Of a stretch of 64,000 nucleotides of DNA, positions 1-9,410 are shown in pieces. The notes under the pieces are model-generated. The model saw only the letters and a program-made list of their open reading frames with translations. It made no database searches and was not told where the DNA came from. Within the stretch, counting starts at the first letter, position 1. The number at the start of each line of letters is the position of its first letter. Source of the stretch: Trypanosoma brucei (Eukaryota); NCBI GenBank assembly GCA_000002445.1, contig CH464491.1, forward strand, positions 4,128,001 through 4,192,000. Reading direction: 5' to 3'. The position numbers and the translations under genes are program-made.

Positions 1-320
1 AATTCTAGCGTTGGAAGGAAGAAAAAGCCTTGTGATTGAAGGTAATTCTCCGCTCTTCGAATGTACTCATCCACACGCCAGTAAGTATCGCGGTGCTTCT
101 CTACGTAGTAATCGGGGGCCCGACCAGAGCGGTTGCGAAATTCATTGTATTGATCCATGTAATTGAAACGCCCAAGCACGATGTCGGCCTTCGGTGTGTG
201 CATAACTAAACCGCTGCGTAATGATGCTTGCAGCGCTGTGCCAAGGAACGGATCGCCCACCCCTCCCTTTACTAGCGATACCAACGGAATCGTGCCTGCG
301 AATGAAGCCACGCGACGCAT
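1..320 (-). CDS. Partial CDS, N-terminal part only; the ORF runs off the window start. Hypothetical small protein.
   Basis: Minus-strand ATG at 318-320 with an in-frame stop just upstream at 399-401. The frame stays open to position 1. Hand translation gives MRRVASFAGTIPLVSLVKGGVGDPFLGTALQASLRSGLVMHTPKADIVLGRFNYMDQYNEFRNRSGRAPDYYVEKHRDTYWRVDEY... It is absent from the ORF track only because it is truncated by the window edge. Confidence 0.3.
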   Translation of the reverse strand, partial: MRRVASFAGTIPLVSLVKGGVGDPFLGTALQASLRSGLVMHTPKADIVLGRFNYMDQYNEFRNRSGRAPDYYVEKHRDTYWRVDEYIRRAENYLQSQGFFFLPTLE

Positions 321-612
321 GGCTCGAAGGTATGAATGATGCTGGAAAATGAACTGAAGGGAGAGGCGACCAATAAATATTTACGTATGCGCCCCTTCAA
401 GCTCTGATAAAGTTTTCCACCGTAGTTGTCACTCTACTACGCTCAAAAACAAAAAAAACTTTAAAAGAAAAAGAATAAAATCGAACAACACATTCCGGTG
501 CAGTAACACACTGAGACACTGGTACCTTGTAATGACCGCGAAGCGTACACAAGCGCAGGGAGGAGCTTTTCTTATTCGCTATACTGTCGGTTAGTTATTA
601 GGCCCTTTTAAC

Positions 613-3600
613 TCAACTACTTTCGGGAGCGCCTCCCATTCGATGTTGCCGGGTGTACTCATACATAACGATAGATCCTGTCACGTGAACGTTGAGGGAG
701 CGTATTAAACCGTACTGCGGAATCTCCACACAGACGTCGAGGACCGTGAGCAACTGCGCTGGTATACCATGCCCTTCAGCGCCAAGCACGATGACTGCCC
801 GCTTCGGAAACTGGTACGATGACATCGGGACACTCCCCGCTGTCTGTTCGATTCCAACAAGCGTATATCCGTCCTGCCGCAGCGAGCTGAGGTAACCCGA
901 GAGTGCCTTCACCTGGACAGCGCTCCAAGGCAGCCACAGGTCAGAGCTTCGGGCCGCCGCGACGAAGTGCGGATGCTCGAGCACAGCAGCATCTGACACA
1001 ACAACCTTCTCAACAGCGAATACCTCCCCACAACGGAAAAGTCCCGCGACGTTCACAGGGTTCTGCAACAGAGATGCAATCACAATAACGGGTTGCCGTT
1101 CCGTTTTCAACGCACGTGGATGAAGTTCGTCATAAAGTTGACTACTCCACCACGGGGTTGCCTTGCGCTGGACATTTTCATAGCCAGTAACCGACGACAT
1201 CCCTTCGGAGATGTGGGTATCAGCAGTGAGTACCGCAACCGCCTCTGGCGTGTAGTCCACACAAAACAACGCGGTGCTTTTCGTGTGAGGAATGTAAGGA
1301 AATTCTTTCAAGGGCTCTAGCACTCGCGAAGCTTCGAAGTGTTGCATGAGCACCTGAACTCGAATTTGATCTACAGGAGTAAGTACACCGGTTAGACAAG
1401 CTACCTCGCGGTCAATAAACCTCATTCGCTCAAACGCCACCGCGGGAATACTCACCAGAAGAATATTATTTCCTTCTCTCCGCTGAATGCAGAACAATTG
1501 CCGGGGAGTGCAGGCCTCTCGAACGTCAAAAAATAATTGTTCAGCGTGCTGGACACGAAACTTCACATGCTCCGGCGCATTGGCAACGTAGTCAAATATG
1601 CTCTCTTCATTAGCTGAAAACACGATCCCCCTAGCGACAGATGCTTCGCGGATGAAGTTAAGCCCTATATGACAAACCAGACGCAGCATGTGTTGATGAG
1701 ATGTACTCTGCTGAAACAGACGATGCAGAAGCGTGTCCATCAAACCATCCACGGGTTCCACCTCTCCCCGGAGTTCTCGCAGTATAACGTGTGCTGAGAT
1801 GAATACGTAGCTTCCAATCACTTGCGGCCGGAGCTGATAATTGGCCATTGCGTTATCTATGATCCAATATAACTGTGGCTGCCTCTGCAGCAGCTGCAGT
1901 GCGAAAAGTTCCATCAGCCGGCGGACACTACCCATATTTGTAAGTGTAAGGCACTTCATCACCACCACGTGCAGGAGGTCCCGCTGCACGGTAGGGCTTC
2001 GAACCATGGGCACTAGCGCACACAGTAGCTGCCAGAGACGCATGCGGGACCGATGTGCCTTCGAGTTTGGCATACAGGGCTCGTGATTTACAGCTGGATT
2101 ACTGTTGTTCCACTCCAACAGCTGCAATGTGACATCTGCCGCCCACTCTTCCTTCTTAAAACAGCAGCACAAAATTGCTGAGATCGCCATAGCCCGCCCA
2201 ACATATGATAGACGGACCGTTGGGGGATACTGCACACGTAGTGATTCGGGCCACGCCTTCAACATAAGGGGCTCCAAAGCAGCCACAAGAACCTCGGCAC
2301 CCTCCTCTTCACGACTTGGATTGTGTAAGACAGCAACATGCAGCAAAAGCTCCTTCAGTCGCAACCAGTTGGACTCCGGATCGCGCAGCACCTCCGTCGA
2401 CAAGGTTACCGCAGCTATGTATCCGGCACGTTCCGACTGTGCTTCATCAAGTAGCGTACGGTATATGTGCGTTTTGACCAATTCCTCCTCACACTCAACC
2501 CCACACCGGAGGGCGTCAAAGGCAAGAACAGTCATACGGCAGTGATCCCTCCCTCCTGCAACGCCCAGATGGCCAAACATGGCGTTAATTATAGAACGCC
2601 GGTCAATATTTACGCTGCTGTCACCTTTTGGGGAAGCCGGCGCAGACGCAACCCACGAAAGAATACCATAGATGCTAGTGAGGTTGCTTTCCCAGCACCG
2701 CTCTACCTGATCTAGACCGTATTCCTCCAGTTCGTGCACCAGCTCTGGCACCGCGCTCTGGTCCATGCAGCTGCAGAGTAAAAAAATCACGTCATAAACA
2801 CACCCGTAGTACTGTGCAAGCACATTGGACCACGAGAGGTCTGTCAAAGAACAAGGTATATCGCAGGCAGAAAGTCGCAATGCCGGACAGCGCATGAGGG
2901 TACGAATGCAACGCGCGCGGTCATTGTTTGACAGGCACCTAAGAAAAGTCTTGTCCTCATCTCTTCGCTTGTCGTTTATGGAAATATTATCTCCAGTGCC
3001 AACAAGCCCGCAGAGCATTCCCTTCAACGCACGAGACGCGTTGCGCGCCAGAACTATGTGCGCAAAATGTTGAGCGACTCTGCGCGACTCATCCTCCGGA
3101 ACAATAGCGGGGAACCCCTCGGCAACCACGCTCAGAAGCTCCACAAAGTCACTTATGCGTTTACCACTCCTCAGTACCACGGAAGCTGATGAATGATCAT
3201 ATGACACGGCAATTTGTGATATGGTAACCACAGCAGCAACAACGGCATCCCATCGCGATGTGCTCTGAAGCGCCCACGCCTCGGCAGACAAATCACCCAG
3301 GGTCGTGACCTCCTTAATCGAGTGAAATGCCTGTCGGAGGGAACTAATCGCCAACCCACTAACAGCATCTTCCACATCAAGTATGACGGACAAGGGGAAA
3401 TACCGTGTACAAGGTTGTGACCCGACCGAGTGGTGAAACTCGACAAAGGCAACCAACGCCACAAAAATGTCCTCAGCTTCACTATACGGTCTTCTGCCAA
3501 ACGAAAGAACCATTTCGGCGAGTTCCCGCGCCACATCTGCGAGCACCTGTCTGTCTTCTCCCCCCATACTATCCAATGCACCTAAGAGAAACATCAACTG

Positions 3601-5763
3601 CTTGCCTTGTACTTCATCGGAGCCTTTTGTGCGGATGAAGTTCCGGATTTTATCGAGCACGTTGTCCACTTGCAGCAAATCACGTACAAATCTGTAGTTG
3701 GACCCCCCGACCCCAGCTTCCTGCGCCACGGACAGCAAGTGCTCATTCAGGTAATATGGGCTGATACATGTCCCAGCAACCCCCACGTGGGCTATCGTGT
3801 CCACAGTCATGAAACTGCTACCGGCGGAGGTCCCAAGGGGTCCGCACATACATAATAACTTCCAGAAGTTACTGCTCTTACGCACTGTTTTTGGATCCAT
3901 CCGAGCAAACTGAAGAAGGACGTGAAAAGCGATGGCACTAAGTCGTACATCAATCCAGAATGGAACCTTCTCCTGTGCTGCATCCCTAAGCACAAGCATG
4001 AATTCCGTCAACACCACATCGTCGGTAATCATCTCTACCGTTGCACATCTGCTCACGTCATCAATTTCCAACGCGAGCGTGGTGACTACCCCGTGAAGGA
4101 TCCGAAGGATCATTGTTGCTCCATGTACGCTGGGCTTTTCCACCACACAATGCAGCATACGTCGCATGGCCTCCTTGCGCTCAACCGCACCCTGCACGAC
4201 GTCACAAAAGAGGAGTGCATAAAACTGCTCAAGCTGATCCACCAAAGGTCCAGCTGTTCCCACGAGCGGCGACACCTCCCTCCCCTCGAAGCCCTTAGGG
4301 CCAAAGAAAGATGTAAGGTGGGAGGCACGGTCAACCTCCGCGCACAGTCTCGTGTCAAGGGAAACTTCCAATACGCTGGTGAATAAAAATTTTCTGGGGA
4401 ACAACTTTAGCAGTGGGGCGGATAGAGACCACAGGCGCATGAGCCCGATTTTGCGGAATGCCACATTTGGGTGAACCAACATTTTTAAAAAGAGTAGGGT
4501 CACCCACAGGGGGTGAATACCTCCCTTGAGCTGCAGGAGTAATATCTCATCCCCAGTTTCCCCAAAATCCGCCCACACGCTAGCGTCAGCTGTCACCTTT
4601 TCCACCAAAGAATCCAGTTTGGGAAGTATCGGTTGAATAATGTGCATTCCATAATCATTAGTTACCTCCAGAATAAGAAACAACATTTCCCACAGGTTGT
4701 TACTCACCGTTGGCACCCACACAAAGAGTGGATGGTATATTCTGCTGGCATCCCACTTCTCGCGCAACTCCTGGTCACGGGTCATTGCCACTATACGCTT
4801 GAGAAGATACTCAGCTCGCGACTGCATGTTCACGCGGTTCTCCACACTGCCACTGCCCGTACAGGCTCCATAAATTGCAGCGTGAATCGTGTCCCACAGA
4901 TTTGTTGAGCATCGGTAGTCCCGCTGCCTGTCACCATCCACGCATGAAAACAAGCATTCAAACAATGCTGCAATTAGCACAACAGTGTCTATCTGACTGC
5001 CCGCATTACACGTTAGCAGTGAACAAATACGGGAATGACCATCTTCCAAGAGAGCCTTGTCACCTAACGACAGCAGCGGAATCAGCACGCGGCGACAAAG
5101 GTACGAGCCCTGTGCGGATTCTTCACGCATATAAGGGATCGCATTAAGCGCGTAATCGATCACCATGCTTCTGATCGTGATACCACGCTCCTCTTCGCTA
5201 CGAATCTTTGCTTCATCGACCTCGTCATCGTTCATCCCCCTCGGGCCCCGCTTGCATCTCTCGTTCAGAGTGACCAGTGCAGTGGCAAACTGGGCCAATA
5301 GTTCGATAGCGCACTCCTTAGGTACCGTCAAATTGGTGTCAACCCCGCGAAGTGAATCCCCTGCCGCCACCAGTATTGCAATACTGCAACCCGAGAGGGT
5401 CACTTGTACAATGGAATAAAAAACGGCAGCAAGCACAGACTTTGGGTATGGTGGATGTGCCGTTAGGATGGACACCATCTCCACTTCCCACTTTGTAGTT
5501 TCTTCCGTACCACATCCACCGCCGCCAGAGGCGTCACAAAGGATCAGTGCACCACTGCAATATATATGCGCATCTGTACACATCTCCTTCTCGCTTTCGA
5601 GTAGTGCCAAAATCCGCAAAAACTGAAGCCGCCGCTCCCGGCCGCACATCGCCATCGCCAACTCCTTTGCTACGCCGAAGGCTTTGGAAGGATGAGGCTC
5701 ATTTTCTCCCTTACAAAAGCAACGAACCAACGCAACGACAACATCCTCCACCTTCGCTTCCAT
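613..5763 (-). CDS. Large HEAT/ARM-like repeat protein with a C-terminal SpoU/TrmH-type RNA 2'-O-ribose methyltransferase domain (TARBP1-like architecture), about 1,716 aa.
   Basis: The 1,767-aa ORF (613..5916) begins with a hydrophobic poly-Cys/Leu stretch that looks like read-through of untranslated sequence. The first plausible ATG is at 5761-5763 (MEAKVEDVV...). The C-terminal ~150 aa (encoded near 613-1100) carry the SPOUT motifs AVIVLGAEGHGIPAQLL ... IPQYGLIRSLNVHVTGSIVMYEY, which match the TrmH motifs LVLGNEGxGL and IPMxGxxxSLNVSVAAGIxLYE. The long N-terminal region is alpha-helical and repeat-like. Confidence 0.65.
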   Translation of the reverse strand: MEAKVEDVVVALVRCFCKGENEPHPSKAFGVAKELAMAMCGRERRLQFLRILALLESEKEMCTDAHIYCSGALILCDASGGGGCGTEETTKWEVEMVSILTAHPPYPKSVLAAVFYSIVQVTLSGCSIAILVAAGDSLRGVDTNLTVPKECAIELLAQFATALVTLNERCKRGPRGMNDDEVDEAKIRSEEERGITIRSMVIDYALNAIPYMREESAQGSYLCRRVLIPLLSLGDKALLEDGHSRICSLLTCNAGSQIDTVVLIAALFECLFSCVDGDRQRDYRCSTNLWDTIHAAIYGACTGSGSVENRVNMQSRAEYLLKRIVAMTRDQELREKWDASRIYHPLFVWVPTVSNNLWEMLFLILEVTNDYGMHIIQPILPKLDSLVEKVTADASVWADFGETGDEILLLQLKGGIHPLWVTLLFLKMLVHPNVAFRKIGLMRLWSLSAPLLKLFPRKFLFTSVLEVSLDTRLCAEVDRASHLTSFFGPKGFEGREVSPLVGTAGPLVDQLEQFYALLFCDVVQGAVERKEAMRRMLHCVVEKPSVHGATMILRILHGVVTTLALEIDDVSRCATVEMITDDVVLTEFMLVLRDAAQEKVPFWIDVRLSAIAFHVLLQFARMDPKTVRKSSNFWKLLCMCGPLGTSAGSSFMTVDTIAHVGVAGTCISPYYLNEHLLSVAQEAGVGGSNYRFVRDLLQVDNVLDKIRNFIRTKGSDEVQGKQLMFLLGALDSMGGEDRQVLADVARELAEMVLSFGRRPYSEAEDIFVALVAFVEFHHSVGSQPCTRYFPLSVILDVEDAVSGLAISSLRQAFHSIKEVTTLGDLSAEAWALQSTSRWDAVVAAVVTISQIAVSYDHSSASVVLRSGKRISDFVELLSVVAEGFPAIVPEDESRRVAQHFAHIVLARNASRALKGMLCGLVGTGDNISINDKRRDEDKTFLRCLSNNDRARCIRTLMRCPALRLSACDIPCSLTDLSWSNVLAQYYGCVYDVIFLLCSCMDQSAVPELVHELEEYGLDQVERCWESNLTSIYGILSWVASAPASPKGDSSVNIDRRSIINAMFGHLGVAGGRDHCRMTVLAFDALRCGVECEEELVKTHIYRTLLDEAQSERAGYIAAVTLSTEVLRDPESNWLRLKELLLHVAVLHNPSREEEGAEVLVAALEPLMLKAWPESLRVQYPPTVRLSYVGRAMAISAILCCCFKKEEWAADVTLQLLEWNNSNPAVNHEPCMPNSKAHRSRMRLWQLLCALVPMVRSPTVQRDLLHVVVMKCLTLTNMGSVRRLMELFALQLLQRQPQLYWIIDNAMANYQLRPQVIGSYVFISAHVILRELRGEVEPVDGLMDTLLHRLFQQSTSHQHMLRLVCHIGLNFIREASVARGIVFSANEESIFDYVANAPEHVKFRVQHAEQLFFDVREACTPRQLFCIQRREGNNILLVSIPAVAFERMRFIDREVACLTGVLTPVDQIRVQVLMQHFEASRVLEPLKEFPYIPHTKSTALFCVDYTPEAVAVLTADTHISEGMSSVTGYENVQRKATPWWSSQLYDELHPRALKTERQPVIVIASLLQNPVNVAGLFRCGEVFAVEKVVVSDAAVLEHPHFVAAARSSDLWLPWSAVQVKALSGYLSSLRQDGYTLVGIEQTAGSVPMSSYQFPKRAVIVLGAEGHGIPAQLLTVLDVCVEIPQYGLIRSLNVHVTGSIVMYEYTRQHRMGGAPESS

Positions 5764-6675
5764 TCGGAGATGGGAACCTAGTAACACACCACGGATACCC
5801 AAAAGTACGAAAGAAAAAAGAAGAGGATACAATAAATGAAACAGCAAAAACAAACAACAACAACACTTTTTCTTTAGATAGAAAACCAACAACAGGACCC
5901 GCAACAGTATCGTCAAAATCTTGTTTGCCTGCAGCCAAAAGGAGGGGAAAAAACGTTACTGCGAGTAAGAATTGAACTGACGAGACAGACAATAGAGAGA
6001 GCGACACAAAGTTCACGTTATAAGTAACAGCAGGGGTTACGAAAACATGAACAATATCACAAAAGAAATTAAACTAGAAAAAAGAAGCACATTCACGTAT
6101 TTTGGAAGAGCGTTCATTAACCGGTATCACCGACGGCAGTAGTAATAATTACACAACACGTATATATATATGAAGTACAAAGGGTATCAAGAGAAGCACA
6201 GCAACAGCTACATGAAAGCGGACACACACAGCATAACCACTTCACTCTCTTCGGTCAGCAAACCAACAAAAACCATAACATGGGTAAGTCTTGGATTAGA
6301 AACCGAATTAATCCGGATACGAAAAAGGGGGTCCAAAAAGATAGAAGAGTGTGGCGATGTAGAGAAAAAGACAAAGTGAGTTGTGTGACTCACATGACAA
6401 TAGGGAAAGCGGAAAACAGATCCGTATCCCCTCACCCAACTAATACAGCAGCTTCCCACTACTCAAATTAATGAAGGCGCTGACGCAATAAGGATGTGGA
6501 TCTGAATTATACCTCAGTGGGTGGATGCAGCAACAAGTTGCTATGATGTCATGGCAAGAAAGTGCCTAACTACGGGGAGGTACACAAACAAAGTAAACAC
6601 GGCAGCGCACATGGAGGCATTCCAAACAGTAATCCAAAACACAACATATATAGATCTTGTGGGAGGGGAATGTGC

Positions 6676-6699
6676 TATATATATATATATATATATATA
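6676..6699. repeat. (TA)12 microsatellite in the 3' spacer of AAT copy 1.
   Basis: Direct read: ctatatatatatatatatatatatatacg. The equivalent tract in copy 2 is (TA)14. Confidence 0.9.
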
Positions 6700-7779
6700 C
6701 GTAACCACTAATATCAAATCGAGAAGAATTAGGAAAGAGGGAAACGTGAGCAACAAATAAACCATCTGTCAGAAAACGTAACGCATCAGTGTACACAAAC
6801 ACACACAACTCTGGGGTAGTAATGTGCCACACTCCAGAAAACAAGAATCAAACTGAAGCATTTGATCATCAGTTTCACCACACACGAAGGTAAGGGGATA
6901 TATGAAACCAGATTCGCAGGGCTCCTCACAAGTACCACACTTCATCGCGCTGCCCAGTCAGACCACCAAACACCACGTGCGATGTGTGCAGACAAAAGGG
7001 AAGTTTGTGTTGGATGCAGGAAAAGGTATAGTGGCAAAGGGATTTAAAGGACAAAAAGAAGGGATAAAATAGAAAACACTATACAACACGTAATGCAACG
7101 TCTCAACCATAGGGATTAAACACCTAAAGGCTTACCCACCCACAACCCCAACCGCAGAAAATCCAATAATAATGGTGAGGAGGAGGGAAACAGCCTCTCT
7201 AAACAGCGTACCATAGAGACATTTGCGAAAAGGAAAGGGGTATTTTATTTTTGCACAAGGAAAAAAAAGAGCGAGGGAATTAACAAAAATTCAAAAAAAG
7301 GAAAAAAATAGATAGAAAATAACACAAAACCGTCAGTATCATAAGGGAAAATGTTAAAAAACAATCGTTCGCATACAAAGAACAGTAAAATAACAACAAG
7401 AAATGCTGAATTGCCCTTCCATACATTTATATATCTATGGAATTCTACGGCAAGCATCTTTAGACACTCATGAAAACTGTTATAGACATGGCTATGCAGC
7501 GTCCGCGGGGGAGAACGGCATCCAACAAACCATATAATGCAGTTTTCTTACTTCATCCACTAATATTACCAAGTTGCATCATTGATTCATAGGCCTCCCA
7601 TCATCAGTGGCATTATGTGAGACATGCATTTTCAACCCCATATCGCTGTCGCAAATGCCTAAATTCACACAAGAAAGGGGATGAACGAGAAAAATAAAAA
7701 AAACAAGAGGGAAAACAAAGAAGGAAAAGAAAAGAAAAGAGGGTATACTTCAATTAGGTCACGGGTTCTGACACATCCG

Positions 7780-9168
7780 CTACTTCTTAACCTCGTCGTA
7801 AATGGTTAATGCCGTACCAAACACAACAGCGAATACGCCGACAATGAGCAACTGGTATGTGACAGCGTAGTTGAACCACCCAACCTCTTTCAGAGAGAAG
7901 TTCCCCGCATACATGTAATACAGTGCTGGTAGAATAAAAGCAAGGAAGCCACCACAGAAACTTCCAAGAAAGTTGAAGACAACTTCAATACTGGGTAGCA
8001 CAAGTCCCAGTACGAGAGCGAGGGTAGCCAAGACACCACTCACTACGAGGTTCTTCCAGCTGTCAACATCAGACGTCTTCCCCCATCCCAATACATAATA
8101 AATCGCATCACGAGATGGCTGGATGCAAATAGCGAATCCTACGCATATCTTGATAGCGATGCCAACATACCCGATGGCCATCATCACATCATCTTGTGGT
8201 TTGTACAATTTGAGTACGGAGCCTTCTAGATCATTCCCGAAATCAAGATAACCGAAGATACCAGACAAGAAATACAGGAGACCAACCATCGACATCGCCA
8301 CACTACTGTCGCGCGTCATTCGCCGTGGGGTGGGTCCCTTCATCTCTTCATACACCTCAAAACAATTCACCTGACATATGAAGGCAAATACAAACAGTGT
8401 GAAGCCATTCAGAATCCCCCATCCATCACCGACGAGTCGAATGTCCGATCCTATCCCGTCTTTCAAGCCATTCATCGCAGCGTGTACAATCATGCATATC
8501 ACAAAGAAAACAATGAAGAAAACACCCACAGCAGAAGCATATCGAAGTGAGTTAATCTCCTTGGGAAGCGAGAGTGGTAACATGGCAACCAACCAAACTA
8601 CACCAACAATAACGTTCTTTCCCATCGATGTCCTCAGGAATCCAGTTGTTGAAGGCTGATTCAAAAGTGGAGAGAGTAAGTCACCCACTGATATCACGTA
8701 CCCAACGCAGGTTCCAAAGCAGAAAACAAACATCAAGAAAGCCGTAAAGTAGTCTGCACCGCGGCCAAGCAACCCACACGCCATCTCCTCATACGAACGG
8801 AATCCAGTTTTGTCCCTAGTGATCACGAGTATGCGGATAGAGTACACTGTGGTGAAGCAGATGTACACCAACATTAACGTGGCAATTATTATGCCAGAGT
8901 TGAGGAAACCAGAAGGCAGCATCACAATTCCAGCACCAAGGGTAGCACTCTCCAGGTTAAACACATTTGACGCCATTCCACCATATGGAACAATTCCCTT
9001 GATGGGGTCAAATACCGTGTTCAGGCAGCCCCTGTGCTCCCCGTCAGCAGCTGCTGTAGATTTATCGCTGTCTGGAGGTAATTCCAACACATTACCCTGA
9101 GACAAGCTTGGTATTAAGGTTGGGTGTTCGTCCTCGTTTATTATTGGCTCTGTTGCCCTGGGTGACAT
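7780..9168 (-). CDS. Amino acid transporter (AAT; transmembrane amino acid transporter / Aa_trans family), copy 1, 462 aa.
   Basis: ATG at 9166-9168. The 462-aa protein has about 11 hydrophobic helices and conserved AAT-family stretches (GGMASNVFNLESATLGAGIVMLPSGF..., FICQVNCFEVYEEMK, LPSIEVVFNFLGSFCGGFLAFILPALYYM). It is paralogous to the AAT genes at 33365 and 35955. Confidence 0.85.
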   Translation of the reverse strand: MSPRATEPIINEDEHPTLIPSLSQGNVLELPPDSDKSTAAADGEHRGCLNTVFDPIKGIVPYGGMASNVFNLESATLGAGIVMLPSGFLNSGIIIATLMLVYICFTTVYSIRILVITRDKTGFRSYEEMACGLLGRGADYFTAFLMFVFCFGTCVGYVISVGDLLSPLLNQPSTTGFLRTSMGKNVIVGVVWLVAMLPLSLPKEINSLRYASAVGVFFIVFFVICMIVHAAMNGLKDGIGSDIRLVGDGWGILNGFTLFVFAFICQVNCFEVYEEMKGPTPRRMTRDSSVAMSMVGLLYFLSGIFGYLDFGNDLEGSVLKLYKPQDDVMMAIGYVGIAIKICVGFAICIQPSRDAIYYVLGWGKTSDVDSWKNLVVSGVLATLALVLGLVLPSIEVVFNFLGSFCGGFLAFILPALYYMYAGNFSLKEVGWFNYAVTYQLLIVGVFAVVFGTALTIYDEVKK

Positions 9169-9250
9169 CTGCAGTTAACGTGAGTACTTAACTTTACAAT
9201 ATGCGCAGTAAGTGAGGAAAAGTAAGAAAATAAGAAAAAAAGAAAAGGAG
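9169..9250 (-). promoter_or_regulatory. Putative trans-splicing signal for AAT copy 1: a polypyrimidine tract on the coding (minus) strand followed by AG dinucleotides immediately upstream of the ATG.
   Basis: Plus strand 9211-9250 is purine-only (aaagtaagaaaataagaaaaaaagaaaaggag), which is a polyY tract on the minus strand. CTGCAG lies directly 5' of the ATG. This follows the kinetoplastid SL-addition convention. The actual splice site is not determinable from sequence alone. Confidence 0.35.
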
Positions 9251-9410
9251 TCAAACGCCCTGGCGTAACACAACAGTATATGACACAAACAATCAGGGAG
9301 GCGTAACCACAACATAAACACACAACACACAGATGCGAAAATGAGAGTAAGGACATAGAACTCAAACAGGAGCATTATCCACGCATCTTCACGCAACGCT
9401 TCCCACAACC

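Noticed and set aside
5764-5916. N-terminal extensions in the ORF track (e.g. 613..5916 starting MTILLRVLLLVFYLKKKCCCC; 18716..19294 and 22627..23403 with long prefixes before MKFLKPGKVV; 19429..22545 starting with 84 aa of F/L/C-rich sequence)
   Set aside because: The track reports the most upstream start codon, including TTG/GTG shown as M (verified at 692, 18216, 26197, 50989, 55624 and 63905). The prefixes have untranslated-sequence composition, so I used the first in-frame ATG that begins recognisable protein sequence.
6170-6471. Small ORFs 6170..6379, 6208..6459 and 6280..6471 and their exact twins at 12725..13026
   Set aside because: They are identical only because they sit in the duplicated 3' spacer. 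They are short, overlap each other in different frames and are A/C-rich low-complexity, so not genes.
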